The translations under genes were made by a program, and so were the position numbers. From Tubiluchus corallicola (Eukaryota > Animalia > Priapulida), in the NCBI GenBank assembly GCA_030141605.1, contig JAQGDQ010000015.1:248001-312000 (forward strand): a stretch of 64,000 nucleotides of DNA. The letters are read 5' to 3'. Shown piece by piece: positions 12,406 through 27,410 of this stretch. Positions within the stretch are counted from its first letter, which is position 1. The number at the start of each line of letters is the position of its first letter. The notes under the pieces are model-generated. The model worked only from the letters and a program-made list of their open reading frames with translations. It ran no database searches and had not been told where the DNA came from.

Positions 12406-15157
12406 ACATACACGGTAATCAATCAATTATTCTTCCAAATCTAAAAAGTGTGACGAAGCAACAACGTATATCAAAAAAACGAATGTCATCTAAATGCTTA
12501 GTTGCTTACTTAGATAACTAACGAAATTATTAAACGTATCACTCTTTCTCACTTTTGACAATTACCGTGTTTACTATAGATAGCTGATTAATTGTAATTA
12601 GGCTTTTTATTGTCTCGCCTTCCAGTACAACAAAAATATTATTACTGCAGTTTAAGAACTGTGAATGAGCAATATAAAAATGAAACTTGAGCACTAGTAT
12701 GTAGTGTTACAATTGTGACTATTGTAAACCGTGCTAAAGCATATACATATAGATACGGAGAGTACGCTATAGAAAAGTAAAATAAACTTAAACTTAAACA
12801 CTGTAAATTATATTATATGCGTACGACGACCCACCTGCCTCGAAATACAAGCGCCGGGTCTGGATACAAATGCTTAAACAGGAAAAGGCAGCAGAAGGAG
12901 AGAAACTAGGTAGATAAACGAAAATGGATAACTGCAATTGCACATTGTACCAGTGTTCAAATTGCTAATCTTTTCTGAGGCACTGAATGTCTCAAAGTAA
13001 TGCTTTAGATATGCCTAGTCTAATCGTCATTAGGTTATTTAATATGCATTCAGAGGAGCCATTGCTTCTTATTTCACAGGAGAATTGACATCTGCCTGTA
13101 ACTTGTTGACTCTCTCATTTGATTTTAACGGTAATGGGCTAATGTTGTAATGTAAGTTTCAGGCTTTACTAAAAATGAGAAAGCGCTATAGATGTTGTTT
13201 TTACTTCACTTTATTAATAAAGGAGAGGAAAAACAGCGTCTATACTACTTTCGTATTTTTAGTAAAGTCTGAAATTCACTGTATGACATTAGCCCATTTT
13301 ACCATATGCGCTGATCTCCCCGCCTTCAACACAATGTTAGGAAAAAAATTTGTTATTAGGCTTTCATGACCAGGGCAAAGTTTGACCTAATCAAGTAGAT
13401 GGCTTGTTTACGTTGACAGTTGTAAAGAGTTAACCTTGAGTCAGGATTGACTACTCTGCGGCAAACAAGCAGCTTATAGAACCTTGATACAGACAAGATA
13501 GCGGAGCAGGTATAACCAAAACATGACACGTGTGCAGGTTGCGAAGTAAAGAGTTATATGTTACAAAAATTTCATTTTAGACTCAGTAACTACGTAAAAT
13601 AGCTATAAAATCAATCAATTAAAGCAATCAACTATACGAATGTTCAATTCAAACAGATGGCAAATGAACAAAAATTTTCTAAATATTTCAGGTGATATCA
13701 TAATAATTAATTAATTAGTTATAGGGAATTACATTGCAACGAACTAAGCATAATCGTCGTCGTCATCATCGTCATCATTAAAGCCATCAGTATCAATCGC
13801 TTCATCTTCATCATTAAATATAATGATAAAAATGTTTCTATTTCAGAGAAAGTGCATGTGTTTCGTCTTGTGTATTTTTGTAAATGTGTTTGGCGCTGTA
13901 AACATCACCATCCTTATCATCATCATCATCATCGTCGTCGTCGTCTTCCTCCTCCTCCTCCTCCTCCTCCTAGTCATCATCATCATTTTTGTTAAACAAA
14001 TATTTAAGCAGAATTGCTCCAAAAAATCTTTAAGCAGACTTTCTTAAATTCAAATTTCTAAACAAGTTGTATTCGACTTGATCTCAGGCCTATTTTAAAT
14101 TTTAAAGCTTCTTTGAAATGCGTATGCATTTACAAAAAATTCAAAAATAACCTCTGAAATTACTTATTCACACTTATTTAGTTATGAGCAAAACATAAAC
14201 GAAAACAAATTCAGAAATAAAAATTAAAATAAAGTGATTCAAAAAGAATTTTTATTTACACATTTTCATTTTGCGTGCAATATATCACATTTGAAAAAGA
14301 AAATGTAGCTATAGAGTATAGTCAACATGAAAACTACTTAACAATTAACAATATAATACAGAATTTTGCACAGCACGAGAAAAATAACATTAGTACTGTA
14401 ACTGAATGCGTATAATAATAATTTAATAGTAATAAAACGGCGTAAAACAATTTTATAAGAATTAACGTAACCAAAAACACCGAATCACAATTATTAAAAT
14501 CATAAATACAGGACATTTATTTCTAACATGTCACCTATAGTCGTCTACTGGTATTACAATGTATATACAACCAAGGGCCACGGCCATTAACCTATATCGC
14601 ATAACCATTAGCAGTTTGCAACTTAGCATACTATGTAAAACTGAATTCACACAAAACATTAGAACAGATATGTTTTTAAAGCTAGATACACAGATATTGT
14701 TACTCTTTTCACGCATTGCAGTAACAACTAGAAGCTGATTAATCACCTTCAAACATCATAAAATGCTTGAAGCTATTTATTGTAAGCTTAAAAACAACAA
14801 AAGATTTGTTTTTAGACGCCACCGCAGTTTTTAGAGTATTTTTATAAACGCAATAATTATTGAAGACGATAAGCGCAAATTTGTTTGCACTTTTTTATTA
14901 CATAATTAAAAATTATCGCACAACATATTGCTACTTTGTTTTTCCGTTTCCTTTCATAATATTCCCATACTTATTTTTTCAGAAGTTGCTAGAAAAGTTC
15001 AGTAATGAAGTTATTGCAATACCCTAATTATGAGCAGTTAAAAATACATTAAACCCAATAGAAATTCGGTTGACAAAAATTCAGGTTTGCCTAACTCTAA
15101 TTATGTCTAGTCTACACTTCGGAATTCTTGTAGCACAGTTACATATTGCAAGCGCTT

Positions 15158-16456
15158 TTAATGGCTATCTCCTGTCGAAGAACCGTTCATATTGGTCGCC
15201 GTCGGCATTTTAATAACAGAAGTTCGAAAACTACTTTCAAGATTCATCTTTTTTTGCTTCTGGACAATAGTAACTATGGGCTGGAGAGGCCAGACCGAGG
15301 GAGCATGCCATAGGTCAAGATGCTTGGACAAATCCGACTGACTGGACAGTGACATACCACATCTGGAACATTTATAGGGACGCGCAAAAATTCGGGAAGG
15401 TTTCTGCTCCGAGGTACCACCAGGTGAGTCAACTTCCATAGGACTAGTGCTCTTCATGCTGATTCCTGAAGACGGGCTACTACCTGTATCATCTCCCGTA
15501 CTCGTAGGAGGGGTGGTAAGGGCCTCTGCAGAGGTAGTAAAATTGTCGTTATCCGTTGGACGCTCTCTGGATATGCCCCATTTTCGCTTGAAACGCTTCT
15601 TCAATGGTAAATCGTTTGAAAATGTCTCTGTGTAATAAGGTTGTGTTAGTCCATATATTGAATAGCTTGCACACAACGAACGAAGTCCCTCTTCTGGGCT
15701 TAATCGTTCCACTCCATCCGCAGGAGTTAGTGAATGAAACCCCCCCGGATTAGTGATAGGATTAAGTCTTTCATATACTGAACTTACATTGCTGGAAGAT
15801 GCTTCTCTTTTCTCTGCGACACGTTCATTTATCAGATTGCTATTGCTCGTTCGTGGACTTGACAAACCCCTGAGACGGATGTTACTAGCATCATTGCCAC
15901 TTTCATTTGTCGTTGCGTTATTGGCGTTGTTGCTTTCTTCTACCTCATCATCCACATTTTCCACATCGACTTCTTCAGCGTCACCGCTGTCACGAGATGA
16001 ATTTGGGGATACCTCCCCATCTGCGAACTTCCGATGGACCTTTTTATGTCGTTCCAAGTTGCTTTTGTGACTCGTTGCATAATCACACAATTCGCAAACG
16101 AAGTCTTTCTGTCCGCTGTGGACGCTCAGGTGCCGTTTCAGCAAAGCCTTTCTGCAAAAGTTCCTGTTGCAGAGACGGCAACGGTAGCCGCTACGGTGGA
16201 ATATGGCAGCGTGATTTCGCAGAGCAGCTTTACAACTGAACCTTATATCACAGCACTCAAGTACCTGATCACACTCTTGATGCATGGTTGATATGTGTCG
16301 CTTCAAGTTGTTTTTTCTGTCTGTGGTGTAGCGACATTCTGTACAACGAAATATTTTTTTCTCCCAGTAGTCTTCCATACGGGTGTAAAGCGGGTGTGGC
16401 ATAGGCACCGGTGCAGGGCCTCCTGGCAGGGCAAACGGCGAAAACATATTAAACAT
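15158..16456 (-). CDS. Intronless C2H2 zinc-finger transcription factor, 432 aa (four N-terminal fingers, one C-terminal finger)
   Basis: CTECRYTTDRKNNLKRHISTMH; atypical CCDIRFSCKAALRNHAAIFH; CRLCNRNFCRKALLKRHLSVH; SGQKDF linker then CELCDYATSHKSNLERHKKVH; CSRCGMSLSSQSDLSKHLDLWH. Uninterrupted ORF. Confidence 0.92.
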   Translation of the reverse strand: MFNMFSPFALPGGPAPVPMPHPLYTRMEDYWEKKIFRCTECRYTTDRKNNLKRHISTMHQECDQVLECCDIRFSCKAALRNHAAIFHRSGYRCRLCNRNFCRKALLKRHLSVHSGQKDFVCELCDYATSHKSNLERHKKVHRKFADGEVSPNSSRDSGDAEEVDVENVDDEVEESNNANNATTNESGNDASNIRLRGLSSPRTSNSNLINERVAEKREASSSNVSSVYERLNPITNPGGFHSLTPADGVERLSPEEGLRSLCASYSIYGLTQPYYTETFSNDLPLKKRFKRKWGISRERPTDNDNFTTSAEALTTPPTSTGDDTGSSPSSGISMKSTSPMEVDSPGGTSEQKPSRIFARPYKCSRCGMSLSSQSDLSKHLDLWHAPSVWPLQPIVTIVQKQKKMNLESSFRTSVIKMPTATNMNGSSTGDSH

Positions 16457-16499
16457 ATTTGCAAGTTACTAGTACATCCGCAGTATGCACACACAAACT

Positions 16500-16830
16500 C
16501 GCGAGAACACCTGACCCGTACTGACCGCTGTCCACTCCGACCGACCGCTCAACTCTTTGCCCATACGCGGCGCTCACCTGCTTTTATCGATACGCCGTTG
16601 ACTCTTTGGCCACCATATAGCACAAAGCAAACAGGTTGCTTCTCATTTGCATAAAAATGGACATTGGTCATCTCCGGCCACGGGTACTCGCGTCTGGCTG
16701 ACCTGCTTGCCTGACAACCACACTATTCCCACGATGATAACACGTTTTGTTTTTATACTAGGTTACGTAATCTTGTTGCAGGTAGAGGCAGTTAATCACC
16801 CTTCCGGTTGTTTCAATTATGCATCAATAA
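16500..16830 (-). promoter_or_regulatory. Proximal promoter of the zinc-finger gene
   Basis: TATA-like GATAAAAG (about 16581-16588, minus) next to GCAGGTG; octamer ATTTGCAT about 16645; CpG-rich. Confidence 0.5.
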
Positions 16831-19479
16831 CTCTTTCATCAACTACTCAAAATCAGTCCAGCCACGAATTCACCGTTGTAAAAAAATTAGACTTTTAGTG
16901 AGGATACTGATAATTTTACACCAGGTATTATTACACGTTTTTCCAATTTATCCGTCTAATAGCTTAAGTGTTTCAAAAACTCAGCGTTGTGATCAATATA
17001 ATCGAATTACACGCTTCACCAACTCGATTCTCCTGCTGGAAGCCTCACCTTTCTGTAGATTTTTTTGTTTGTTTGCTTGTTTATTTCTTGCTTTAGCAGT
17101 TCTAATAAGAAATTTCTGTTTTACCAATGGAATAAAAAACTGTCTCCTAGTTCATTTTCTGAACTTTGTTCAGCCTTTCAGTGGTTTTTAGTTCTCCTTC
17201 AGTTGTTCACTTTTCAGATCTTGCAGTCAAACTTTAGTTTTTAGCTTTTTAGCCATTTGACGTCGTGCTCATAAGCCGCTTCCCGCGTGCTAATTAAGCA
17301 GTTCAGCTTCTGCGTTAACTAACGAGGTAGTTAATGAGAAGTTTGGTATTTAAAAAGTATGGTGCATGGTGCTTTTCATTTGACGATTTCTTGTATAATC
17401 TGAAGTATTTGAGTAAAAACCATCGACGCTGAACCTACACACGGAAAGTTTCTAAAGTAAGCCAATACGGAAAACTTATTTTGTTTTGTCATGAATAAAT
17501 GAAAATTGAGCGATCGTATATTCATTAGGTATCTGTTAGAAACTGATAAATTTCAACACATACAACGTTTGAAGTAAAAAAGTTTGGCGCTTACCAGATA
17601 AAATGTCAGATAAAGACATTCTTAAATAAAAAATAAATCTTAAAAAACGTCAATTTCTTTTTACATTTTTTATTTGTAAATCAAGTATTTACCCACCTGC
17701 ATAAAGTACTTCACTTTATCTTAAATTCTCTCATTATGAACAAAAGGTCATGATGTATAACTTTATAAGAAAACAAAATATTCTCAAGTAAATAACTTCG
17801 AAAAACACATTGGAATTATTTTTGTATAAGATTTTCAGCAAAAACCGTCGCGTTCTGCCACCACTCACTGGCTTCAAAAACTGTCTACCAGCGCTCAGTG
17901 GCTTCACCTAGAAACACAAATTTTACACCTCCGTTAGGTGACTCGTTTTCCGAGTGCGCGTGACGTCACGGCAGTGCCTCATACTTCATACCTTGATTCT
18001 TTCTGATTGCCAGCAATTAGAGATCAGATTTGCTTCACGGTATTTAATCTGTTTGACAGTCCATAATAGCGAATCGGTTTGATGGATAATGGCGGCTGTT
18101 AACGCCTCGCCTATGCTTTTCCTCAATTGCGCTCAGGTAACCAGGGTTTCACACGGTTTTACCTCGTTGGTAAATTGGGAAGCTTGGTAGAATGCGAAAC
18201 GAGTATAAAAGGAAAACAGAAACTTCTTGTAATGGCCCGAAATAACAAAAAGATACACCATAAAGATTATAAGATTAGTGTTTGAAATTTATTAAGTAAA
18301 AATTTAAATTTGTATTTATATTTTAAGTTTGAGGTAAAATGTACAATGTATATAGAATCTGTGACAGTCGTGATATAAAATTGCTGTTTGTGGTCGTTCA
18401 CGCACAACTAAATCAACTAAATGTACGGAAATTAATTCGATCATTTTTTGTAAAATTGTAAATAAGGATTAATATAATAATCTCGAATAAAATCAAAGCT
18501 TAAACATTATCCCTATAAAACAGAAAAGCTTTAGGATTTACGATTATAGTTTTTAAGAATGTAAATTTTTGGGGCACAAACAGTGATCAAAAGGGTGATT
18601 ATTGTATATGAAAATACCGTAAAGGAACGAAGATTAGGAAAGAAATGTTACAGAAGACTCGACAAAACCACCTCTTAGTACTGGCTCTATCTTTCCCAGC
18701 TGGTAAAATGAACCCGTAATTCAAGTATAGCGTTTTTTAGACAAAATTCAGTAAAAAGTGATATATTTTGCTATTTCAAGTGGCAAACTACGACTATGTG
18801 CTGCCTGATTCTAGTGAGGAGACTTTGCGTGCTCCGCCTCAACTCATCTGTAGTTTTATTCGTTCTAATGACTGACACATGTCACTCAACAATAGGAAGC
18901 CAGCGGCTTTTGTTTTACTGCCGTGCAATGCGTTACGTAACAACATTTACCCATTATTCCCGTAATATAAACTATACCTTTATTAGTCCACATTAGGGCA
19001 ATTAGTGCAAAATGCATATTAATGCGGCTTTGTTAATTAATTAGCAATAATCGAGACGCGCAACATATGATGATGATGATGCAGTGGTGCGTGTGTGATG
19101 GTGGCGACATTGGAGACTCGGCTCTGTTAAAGACCTTCACTATAAACACTTTAAGCAACGCTCGTTGAAACGAGTTCGTATGAACATTAGAACTTGTGGA
19201 TGAGAGCGATGGTAGTGTGATGGCGGTATCTACTTTTTTGGCAACATGGTGGCTTAATCTTACACCAACGAGAATATTTTGCAGGATGGTAGTTGTTGAT
19301 GTTTTTTCAGATGAGTTTGGTTAGAGTTAACAATAATGTAATTAATTACAACTAAACAGAGAAGCATTGATGCGTTATATCAGTTTAAAATGTACCATTG
19401 TCGCCATCAAAGGCAGTGAGAGTAATTTCATAAACAAAATAAAAGCAAAATCATTTCTAGAAGCAGAACTTTTAGCGAG

Positions 19480-19920
19480 TAACACCACCATCATCAGCAG
19501 CAGCAGCAAACGTATAGTAACCACGACAACAACAGCAATGGCAACAACAACAACAGCAACAACAACAACAACAACGACGACGACAACAACAACAACATCA
19601 ACAACAACAACAGCAACAGCAACAACAGTAGCAATAGCAATACTTGCAGCTACATGAGCAGCACTTGAGCAAAAATAGCAGCAGCAGTAACATAGTAGTA
19701 GGAGCAACAAATACAGCAATAGCAGCACCTGCAACAGGAATAGCAACAGCAGTAGCACAACAGTAACAACAGCAACAGAGCTGCTTTACCACCACTACCA
19801 TTCACCACAACAACCGATATTGTTTTTTTAACTGCTATCAGCAGCACCATTAATATCACCAACACTACTATAACCACCACTAACATCACCAGGTCCCAAA
19901 CCACCGCCACGACCATCGTC
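19480..19920. repeat. Degenerate (CAA/CAG/CAC)n trinucleotide region
   Basis: Direct reading. Confidence 0.9.
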
Positions 19921-21994
19921 TTTGCACATCACTAAGGATGTTGCGAAAATGGGATCTGAAGACACTACAGAATGGGAAATTGCAATTAACATGAGAAGTG
20001 AAAACTCATGTCAGTTTAACATCGAATGTGCTTAACTGCAATTATAAAAGGCTCATAATCACTGGCGTATAAATACATAAACTATTTAAAGCTAATAATT
20101 CAGCTTTGATGTATGATGCACGCTCGAGTTGAAAAGAGGCGCCATGATTGTTTTTTGTCATTAATTTTTTCGTAAGCGCCCGCGCTTAATTGGGCGGATC
20201 TCGTTTATATCAATCCGCGCGGTTTACCGGTTGTTTTTTCTCTTTTACCTGTCCAACGAGCGTGCACGCGTGACCGACAGGAGGCGCTTAAATGTATCAT
20301 TAGTGTAACCATGGCAATCGCATCATGATGTCCCATTCATCAGACAAGTGATTTTTATTAACGATTTTTGTTTATTCGGCTTCTATGTTTTGTCTTTAAT
20401 GCAATGTTAGAAATTTCCTACAAAACCACAACATGATCCATTGATGTAAGCGCGTTTATGTAAGCGCTCTGCATAAATTGAGATGTGGCACTCAGTCATG
20501 AAATATTAAAATTTTAATAATTTTGTAACTATAATTATAATTATTGTAAAATAAATCAAGTAATTAGAGAGTAGAGAAAAACTAACAATCTATATACTTT
20601 ATTAAATATAATACTTCAGCTCTGATTACCTGAAAAGAAATGCGTGTTTTCATGATGTACTTAAAATACGTAAATACAAAACTAGTTAATGTCGAATGAT
20701 TAAAATGAATAATTACTACATAATTTTAAATAAGTCAGTGCGATATTATACGAAATGTAAGGGAGGATGAAGTGTAATATTTATAGAATCCTTCCCCTCT
20801 CAGGTAAGTTGAATGAACACAATTATTAAAAATTATTCTTATAATATATTTCGTGTAGTAATAGTGTAGTAATAGTAATAGTGTAGTGTAGTAATAGTGT
20901 AGTAATAATAAAAAGGAGATGCGCATATTAAAAACGTGTTTAAAATAAATGTACGTTTTAAAAGATATTTAAAATATAATGTGCATATCTTCAAAACAAT
21001 GTATGCGTAACAATAACAAGTTTTTAATTTAATTTGTACGTGTCAGAACTTAATAGCCTTATAAATTATAAAAACGATTTGATTTTGCAAGAGAATTTAT
21101 AAAATATTTAAATGCAGCATCGATGTGAAAGTAAAGTTGTGTAGTTTTTCAAACACCCTTCTACACTTATAAAAACGTATGTACGTCTAAGTAATATATT
21201 TTGTTCGCTCATAGTGTAATTTGACTATGTGACAGCCACGAGTCAAAGAATTATTTAGTAGATATAGCAGATTCATCATAGCTCATTTATGCCTAACGCT
21301 GTTTGGTGTCAGTAATCTTCAAACACCATCCATGCTGTTTCTTGACCATGATGTCAGATTGTCTTATACACAGCGGTTTCTAATCATATCCGCTAATTAC
21401 AGGTACATTAATTACTGCACGCTCTACCTGCGCAGGTGACCTACAAACATTATCCTTGTTAACGATTGCATCATCGGCAGGTTCTTCCTTGTTGAGCGCA
21501 AAGGTTCTGTTGTCTACCTGATTGCTAATCTACGCCCTGATCCGTTAATTAATGAATACGATAGTAACAAGTACAAAGTGGGAAGGCAGTAGTGAACACG
21601 TACTCTATGGAGCTTTGAAAATCCTGTAAAAATAACACGTGGAATTTTGTTATCGTTGTCCATTTTAGTTAAAAATCACGGAAAGCGTTCAACGTTTTCC
21701 TCATGCACTGGATATTGGCATTGAAGGCAACAACAAGCTTCACATGGATGCGCCCCTCGCGAACTTTGATGCGAGCGTGAGAATTTTTACTGATTCACCT
21801 ATGTAATTAACCATGCAGTCTTAATTGGTTTTAGACAATTTAATGTGTCACTTGTGAAAAGACAGACACGCGAGGCACATCACTCAAAACAAGGACCTGG
21901 ATTTGAAAACAACAAACACAGCACAAAATTCTTTAAAAACGGTAAAAACAGGAAAGAAATAAAATGGTCTATGAAAATTTTTGGCCCTGACTTA

Positions 21995-22138
<144 letters not shown>

Positions 22139-22559
22139 GCGTTCCCTGAACTAATTGCTACAGCTATTTTTGTGGTCAAAATGAAGGAGTGCCTATAGCT
22201 GAAATGACAAAGACCTGGTCTACATGGATCCAGAGAATGTTATTGGGCATACGTCTGGTATAACTACTTTCTAATATTTGTGAAACATGAGATGTGGAGT
22301 TGGATTTGTCCGTGTTTTTGTTTGTTTTTGAAATATATGTTTTTGACATTTTGTACGTACATGGTCACGTTATATCTTCATGCCTTAAACACATAGCAAC
22401 AGCACACCACCATACATCTTACTGATTTGAAAAAGTTTTTTTGTAGTGGTAAGGAATTGTTTAAAATACATCATGAAACTAACAATATTAATTTCACTGT
22501 TTTAGAATTGCACAAAGCAATTATACGTGTACAGTGAATGAAACAATGTTTAGACTTAA

Positions 22560-22912
22560 TTACTTTTACTACTACTTTTACTGTTACTATTACTATTGCT
22601 ATTGCTATTGCTATTGCTATTGCTATTGCTATTGCTATTGCTATTGCTATTGCTATTGCTATTGCTATTGCTATTACTATTACTATTACTATTACTATTA
22701 CTATTACTATTACTATTACTATTACTATTACTATTACTATTACTATTACTATTACTATTACTATTACTATTACTATTACTATTACTATTACTATTACTAT
22801 TACTATTACTATTACTATTACTATTACTATTACTATTACTATTACTATTACTATTACTATTACTATTACTATTACTATTACTATTACTATTACTATTACT
22901 ATTACTATTACT
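22560..22912. repeat. (CTATTG)n followed by (CTATTA)n hexanucleotide microsatellite
   Basis: Direct reading. Confidence 0.98.
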
Positions 22913-24829
22913 GTTTCGTTTGTTACCCCGCATATGATTTTTATTGCACCAACCAAAATGCGCCTACAATACAAGAAAATGAAACATATGATGTATTTGA
23001 TACTATTATTACAAAACATGAGAGTTTCTGTAGCTAAGGAACATTGGCGCATTTTAAACAGTTTAGAAGACAGATAAGTTAGTGTTAAAAGAAAGCTTTA
23101 GTTTTTCAGCAGTATATTAACCATTTTTCGTATTAGAGGTACAAGTATGAAGTGAAGTGCAAATATCATTCACGTCACGTAATTTAGTTGCAGCATATAC
23201 AAAACTGATTATAATCTTATGAACATCTATGTCTTTCTGAGTCATTAAAAGGCTAAATTTTTCTTGTTCGGGTATGATAGCAAAATGAAGGTGCAAACTG
23301 TTTTATTTTTTTGTATGTCAGATCTCACGAAATAACACGAATTACAATGTATCAAAAATGAAGTTCGTTTTCTATTTCAACTTTTTGCAATATGCAATGA
23401 CATGTGCCAATTTTTTTTATATTTGGTTTATGACCCGCTTCAATGTACAATCTACCACATATACTTGTATGAATAATGTATAACTGTCAGTCAATAAACT
23501 ACTACGTATATTTTCCTATGATTGTCAACTAAACCAATTTAATTATTCATAGCACTCATGTAAGTTTAACAAATAAAAGCTGCTCATAGCATGCGTTGTC
23601 GTCGCCGGTGTATTTAATTAAGATTTAATACTTTTGGTGCACTGCAAATTGTACAGCAGCTAAAATTCCTTGACTTTACTGTGCTCGTTAAAATTCCTTT
23701 ACCCGGGATGGAGTTAAAATTCAATTGTTCACTTTCTCTGTCGTTTTTCGAGAACTTGCTCAGCGAGTTTCGAATGCCGATGGACAATGGTCATTTATGT
23801 CTGAAGGCTTTTGTGCAGCACTGACCTTGGGTATTTGAGCTCTTTGCCAGTCGCTCCTCCGCTCAGGTAAATATGCAGGTATGCTCGCGGTAAATAACAG
23901 CTGATAATGCAGGGTGGACCCAAGAAGGAAAGAGCTAACTCACCCTTGGTTACTCTTGTATGGGCTATTTATTCATTTATTACTATTTGATAAAAGGGAT
24001 TGTTTTTTTTTATTATTTTATGTTATTTTAATTTCTGCTTTCGTTGACATTTTATAAATTAATGATGACTGAATAAGGAAAATTATTATTTACTGGCCAT
24101 TCTTCCCGCAGACGTGCCAAGTATAAAGTAAAATTTGAATTCTATTATTATTATTTTATTCAACCGTGTGAGCAGTTTCTTATGCCGGCTATTCTGTACA
24201 AGATAACAGCCATGAGGTAGACCTGCGTCGAAATTCATTTTTTATTTTTTTTAAAGTATGAGTTTTTAAAATATATTTATTTTCTAAATGTTTGCAAATA
24301 GTAATTGTTGCTACGATGGTGAGTCCATTTATTTTGCAATTGCTTTAGTTTTTCAAAAAATGTCGTAAAATCATTTAAACCAAAACTGTGCTTTAAAGAA
24401 GCAAATTCTTTGTTAACTGCAGAATTTCTTAACGTTAGTATAACACTATAATATTCATTCAGAAATTTAGTTATGCTTGTTTAAACTTCATAAAGATCGA
24501 CATTAGAATGATGATAACAACCAAATTAAAATTTCGGAGTTTTTTTTACATTAAAATTGGCTTCTCTGTTGAAAACATAGTGCGGGTTTTTTATTATAGT
24601 GCAGTTGCTAAATGTTATGGAAAAATTTGTAGCTATTAACACTAAAATAAAAAGAATACACAAAAAGTGAAAATAAGGTAAAAATATTGTAAAATTAGGC
24701 GTTTTTAGGAATACACGTTGCACATGCAGCCTAGATCTAGGCCTATACAAGCCTATTATACAACATAGAAGTTTCTTACTTAATTTTGTGTATTCGTTGG
24801 CCTATATGGTTGTTTGATTACTACAATTG

Positions 24830-25340
24830 CTCAAGGCCTGTACTCAAATTGCTTCTCATCTGGATGTTGTTCTTCTTGTTCTTATTGAAGGCGAGGTGAC
24901 CTTTCTAAAAAAACTCCATGAATTTGTAATGGATCGTCATGAAACTTCACATGAATATGCTAGAATTAATTTCGCATTTTTTGCCGGAGTCGGATAATTG
25001 ATTTGCCATTTTGAGTTTAACATGGCGGCGAACGCATTATTTTCGAAAGTCTGAAATTCCACCACTACGCTACGGATCGTCGTGAAACTTTATAAGGTAC
25101 CACATACCAAAGCGAATTCTGCATCGACCTACGGAGTCGTATTGTCGCCCGTCATTTCGAATTCAAGATTTGACTATCACACAATTTTCGAAAAAAGCCT
25201 AAGACTCCGCTAATTCGCAATGAATCGTTTTCACATTTATAGAAATAATAATATACTAGAACAAATTCTGCATCGATTGACGGCGTCAAATCTTTCTTTT
25301 TTATACATACAAAGACAGCTTGCAATAGACACAATAGCAA
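24830..25340. mobile_element. Non-autonomous interspersed repeat related to 5130-5800
   Basis: Repeated GGATCGTC(A/G)TGAAACTT, GGAGTCG and CCATTTTGAGTT/GAATTCAAGA subunits; AATTCTGCATCGA occurs twice. Confidence 0.5.
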
Positions 25341-27410
25341 AGAAAGTAGCTAGGACACATTTTAGTGCAAAATGTTAACTGAGCTTAGCATCTGCTGTAT
25401 TTATTCGCTTTTTCATACCTTCACATATTTTACTAATTATTTAATAGATGTAATCAACTTGTAAAAATTTTACGTTACAAAAATCTAATCGTTAATGATG
25501 TGGCAGTCACTACCTCGCGGCTTTTTGGCTTATACATAATACTATGTGCATTGATTTAAAAATAATAAACAAATAAAATGTCGAATAAGCCCTACAACGC
25601 ATTTTATTGAACTTGCCGACCAACAAAGCTATTACATCTAATCTTTTATCAGTAAAATTCACTGATCTATAAGCATTTGTAGCAAGTTGGGTCTATACAA
25701 AAATGTCTAAATTTCTGTTCCTGAACAATACACCGGCCGGCGGGTAGTTCTTAACTCGCTGCAAGACACTTGAGTTGAATTGTCCGTGGCTTGGTCAGTT
25801 AGTGTGCTCGGACTTGAACAGTGGACAACCTTGACTGGCCAGACAAAAGCCGGATCTTCAAAATCAATAGTAACTTGAAGATTTTAACTCTTTGGTCTTA
25901 TTTCATTGCAGAGACGTGCTAATGACAGTCTTCTGGTGTTCTCATTCTGATTGTCCTTTTATATTGCAACAGCATGGACATATAGATTCACACAAATAGG
26001 AAATATATGAATTCGTTTGACCCTCATATGGTATTGGAGCGGTAGCGCCTAACTAATTAGTAGCTTCATGCAGTTAATGTCTCACAAGATGGATATATAT
26101 ACAATTATTCATTTTTGCTAAAACCTCGCTTTAGTAATACTCGAAAAGCACTTTTTCTACATGTATTATAGAAGAGAACACGAAGAACGAAATAGAAAAA
26201 TTTGTGAAAACTAGCAGCTTTAATATTTATTCTGCGGTGTTAACAACTCTTGCGCGTAAAGTTTTTATAAACAGAAAAATTTTAATACGCGGAAGGGAGG
26301 AGTAATATTCGCAAAATAGTCCTTGAGATGCCTGACGTGCAACCGCCATTGTGCCGGTTTCGTTGCTATGTGAAGGTAACTACGCGGTTAATTATCATAA
26401 ACTCAACCCTCACCAACCGTCTTGCGAAGATACGCGTTTCTCATAAGTCAGTGCTGCCCTCATGCACAAAGGTGGCAAACTGTAAATGAAGTTGCAGAAC
26501 TTTATAGCACGGTGGAACTCAGGAAGCATGACTACACTGAAGTGTATATTAAATTTAATATCACGAAAGTTTTAAATTATTTTACTCGTTATGTAAATAT
26601 CACCAGTTTCATGAGTTTGTAATCACAAAAAGAAATAGGTCCAAGCCACAAGAGTGTTAAAGTGAGCCATTAGTAACAGATGCAGGTCTAAGTGTAATAT
26701 AATTTTCTGTATTATGAAAGTGGACCTTATTAATCTTTCACACCTTCCTGCTACAAAGTTTGCAATATCTTAAACACTAATATCATGATTAATATCTAAG
26801 TCATAAGTCTTTCAAGAAAACAAAAATCTAGGTAATATATACAAATACAAAACATATACTATGAGTAAGATTTGACGCATCAGTGGCAGCATACATGTAA
26901 AAACAAAATGATGTTTTTCAGTTTTTTTTTGTGTGTTTATATGACTGTGCTTCAGAATTTACACAGTGAATAAAAAGACAACTGTTTAATGCATCAGAAG
27001 AGATATTTTTATTTCCGAACAGAATTTTAAAAGATATATAACATTAAAAGATGTTAAACAGCTCTGTAAAAATTACTGACAGTTAAACAATAACTGCTTA
27101 TTGCTATGTGTCATTAGTTATTTAAAATAAGATAAATCTTGTGGTTGCTATGAAAATTAACACTCTACTTATATTTTCTCTACTTGAGTTAGTTACGTGT
27201 ACAATATTTTGCTTGATTTTATTGCAATTATTTGTAAACTTAGGCTGCACAACAATAAGAGAAGAAGTCATCATGATTAGAACAAAAGTAGTCTAACAGT
27301 TCTAAAATTTTTAGCTATATAAATTTTTTTTGGTCTCTGATTTGGTCCTGTCAATTTGAATACATTATCATCATTCGACTGGATACTTGAGACTCGGCAC
27401 GTTTTCATCC

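Noticed and set aside
16778-21520. CAGGTAG sites as Zelda elements
   Set aside because: No evidence that the organism is an arthropod with Zelda; few exact matches.
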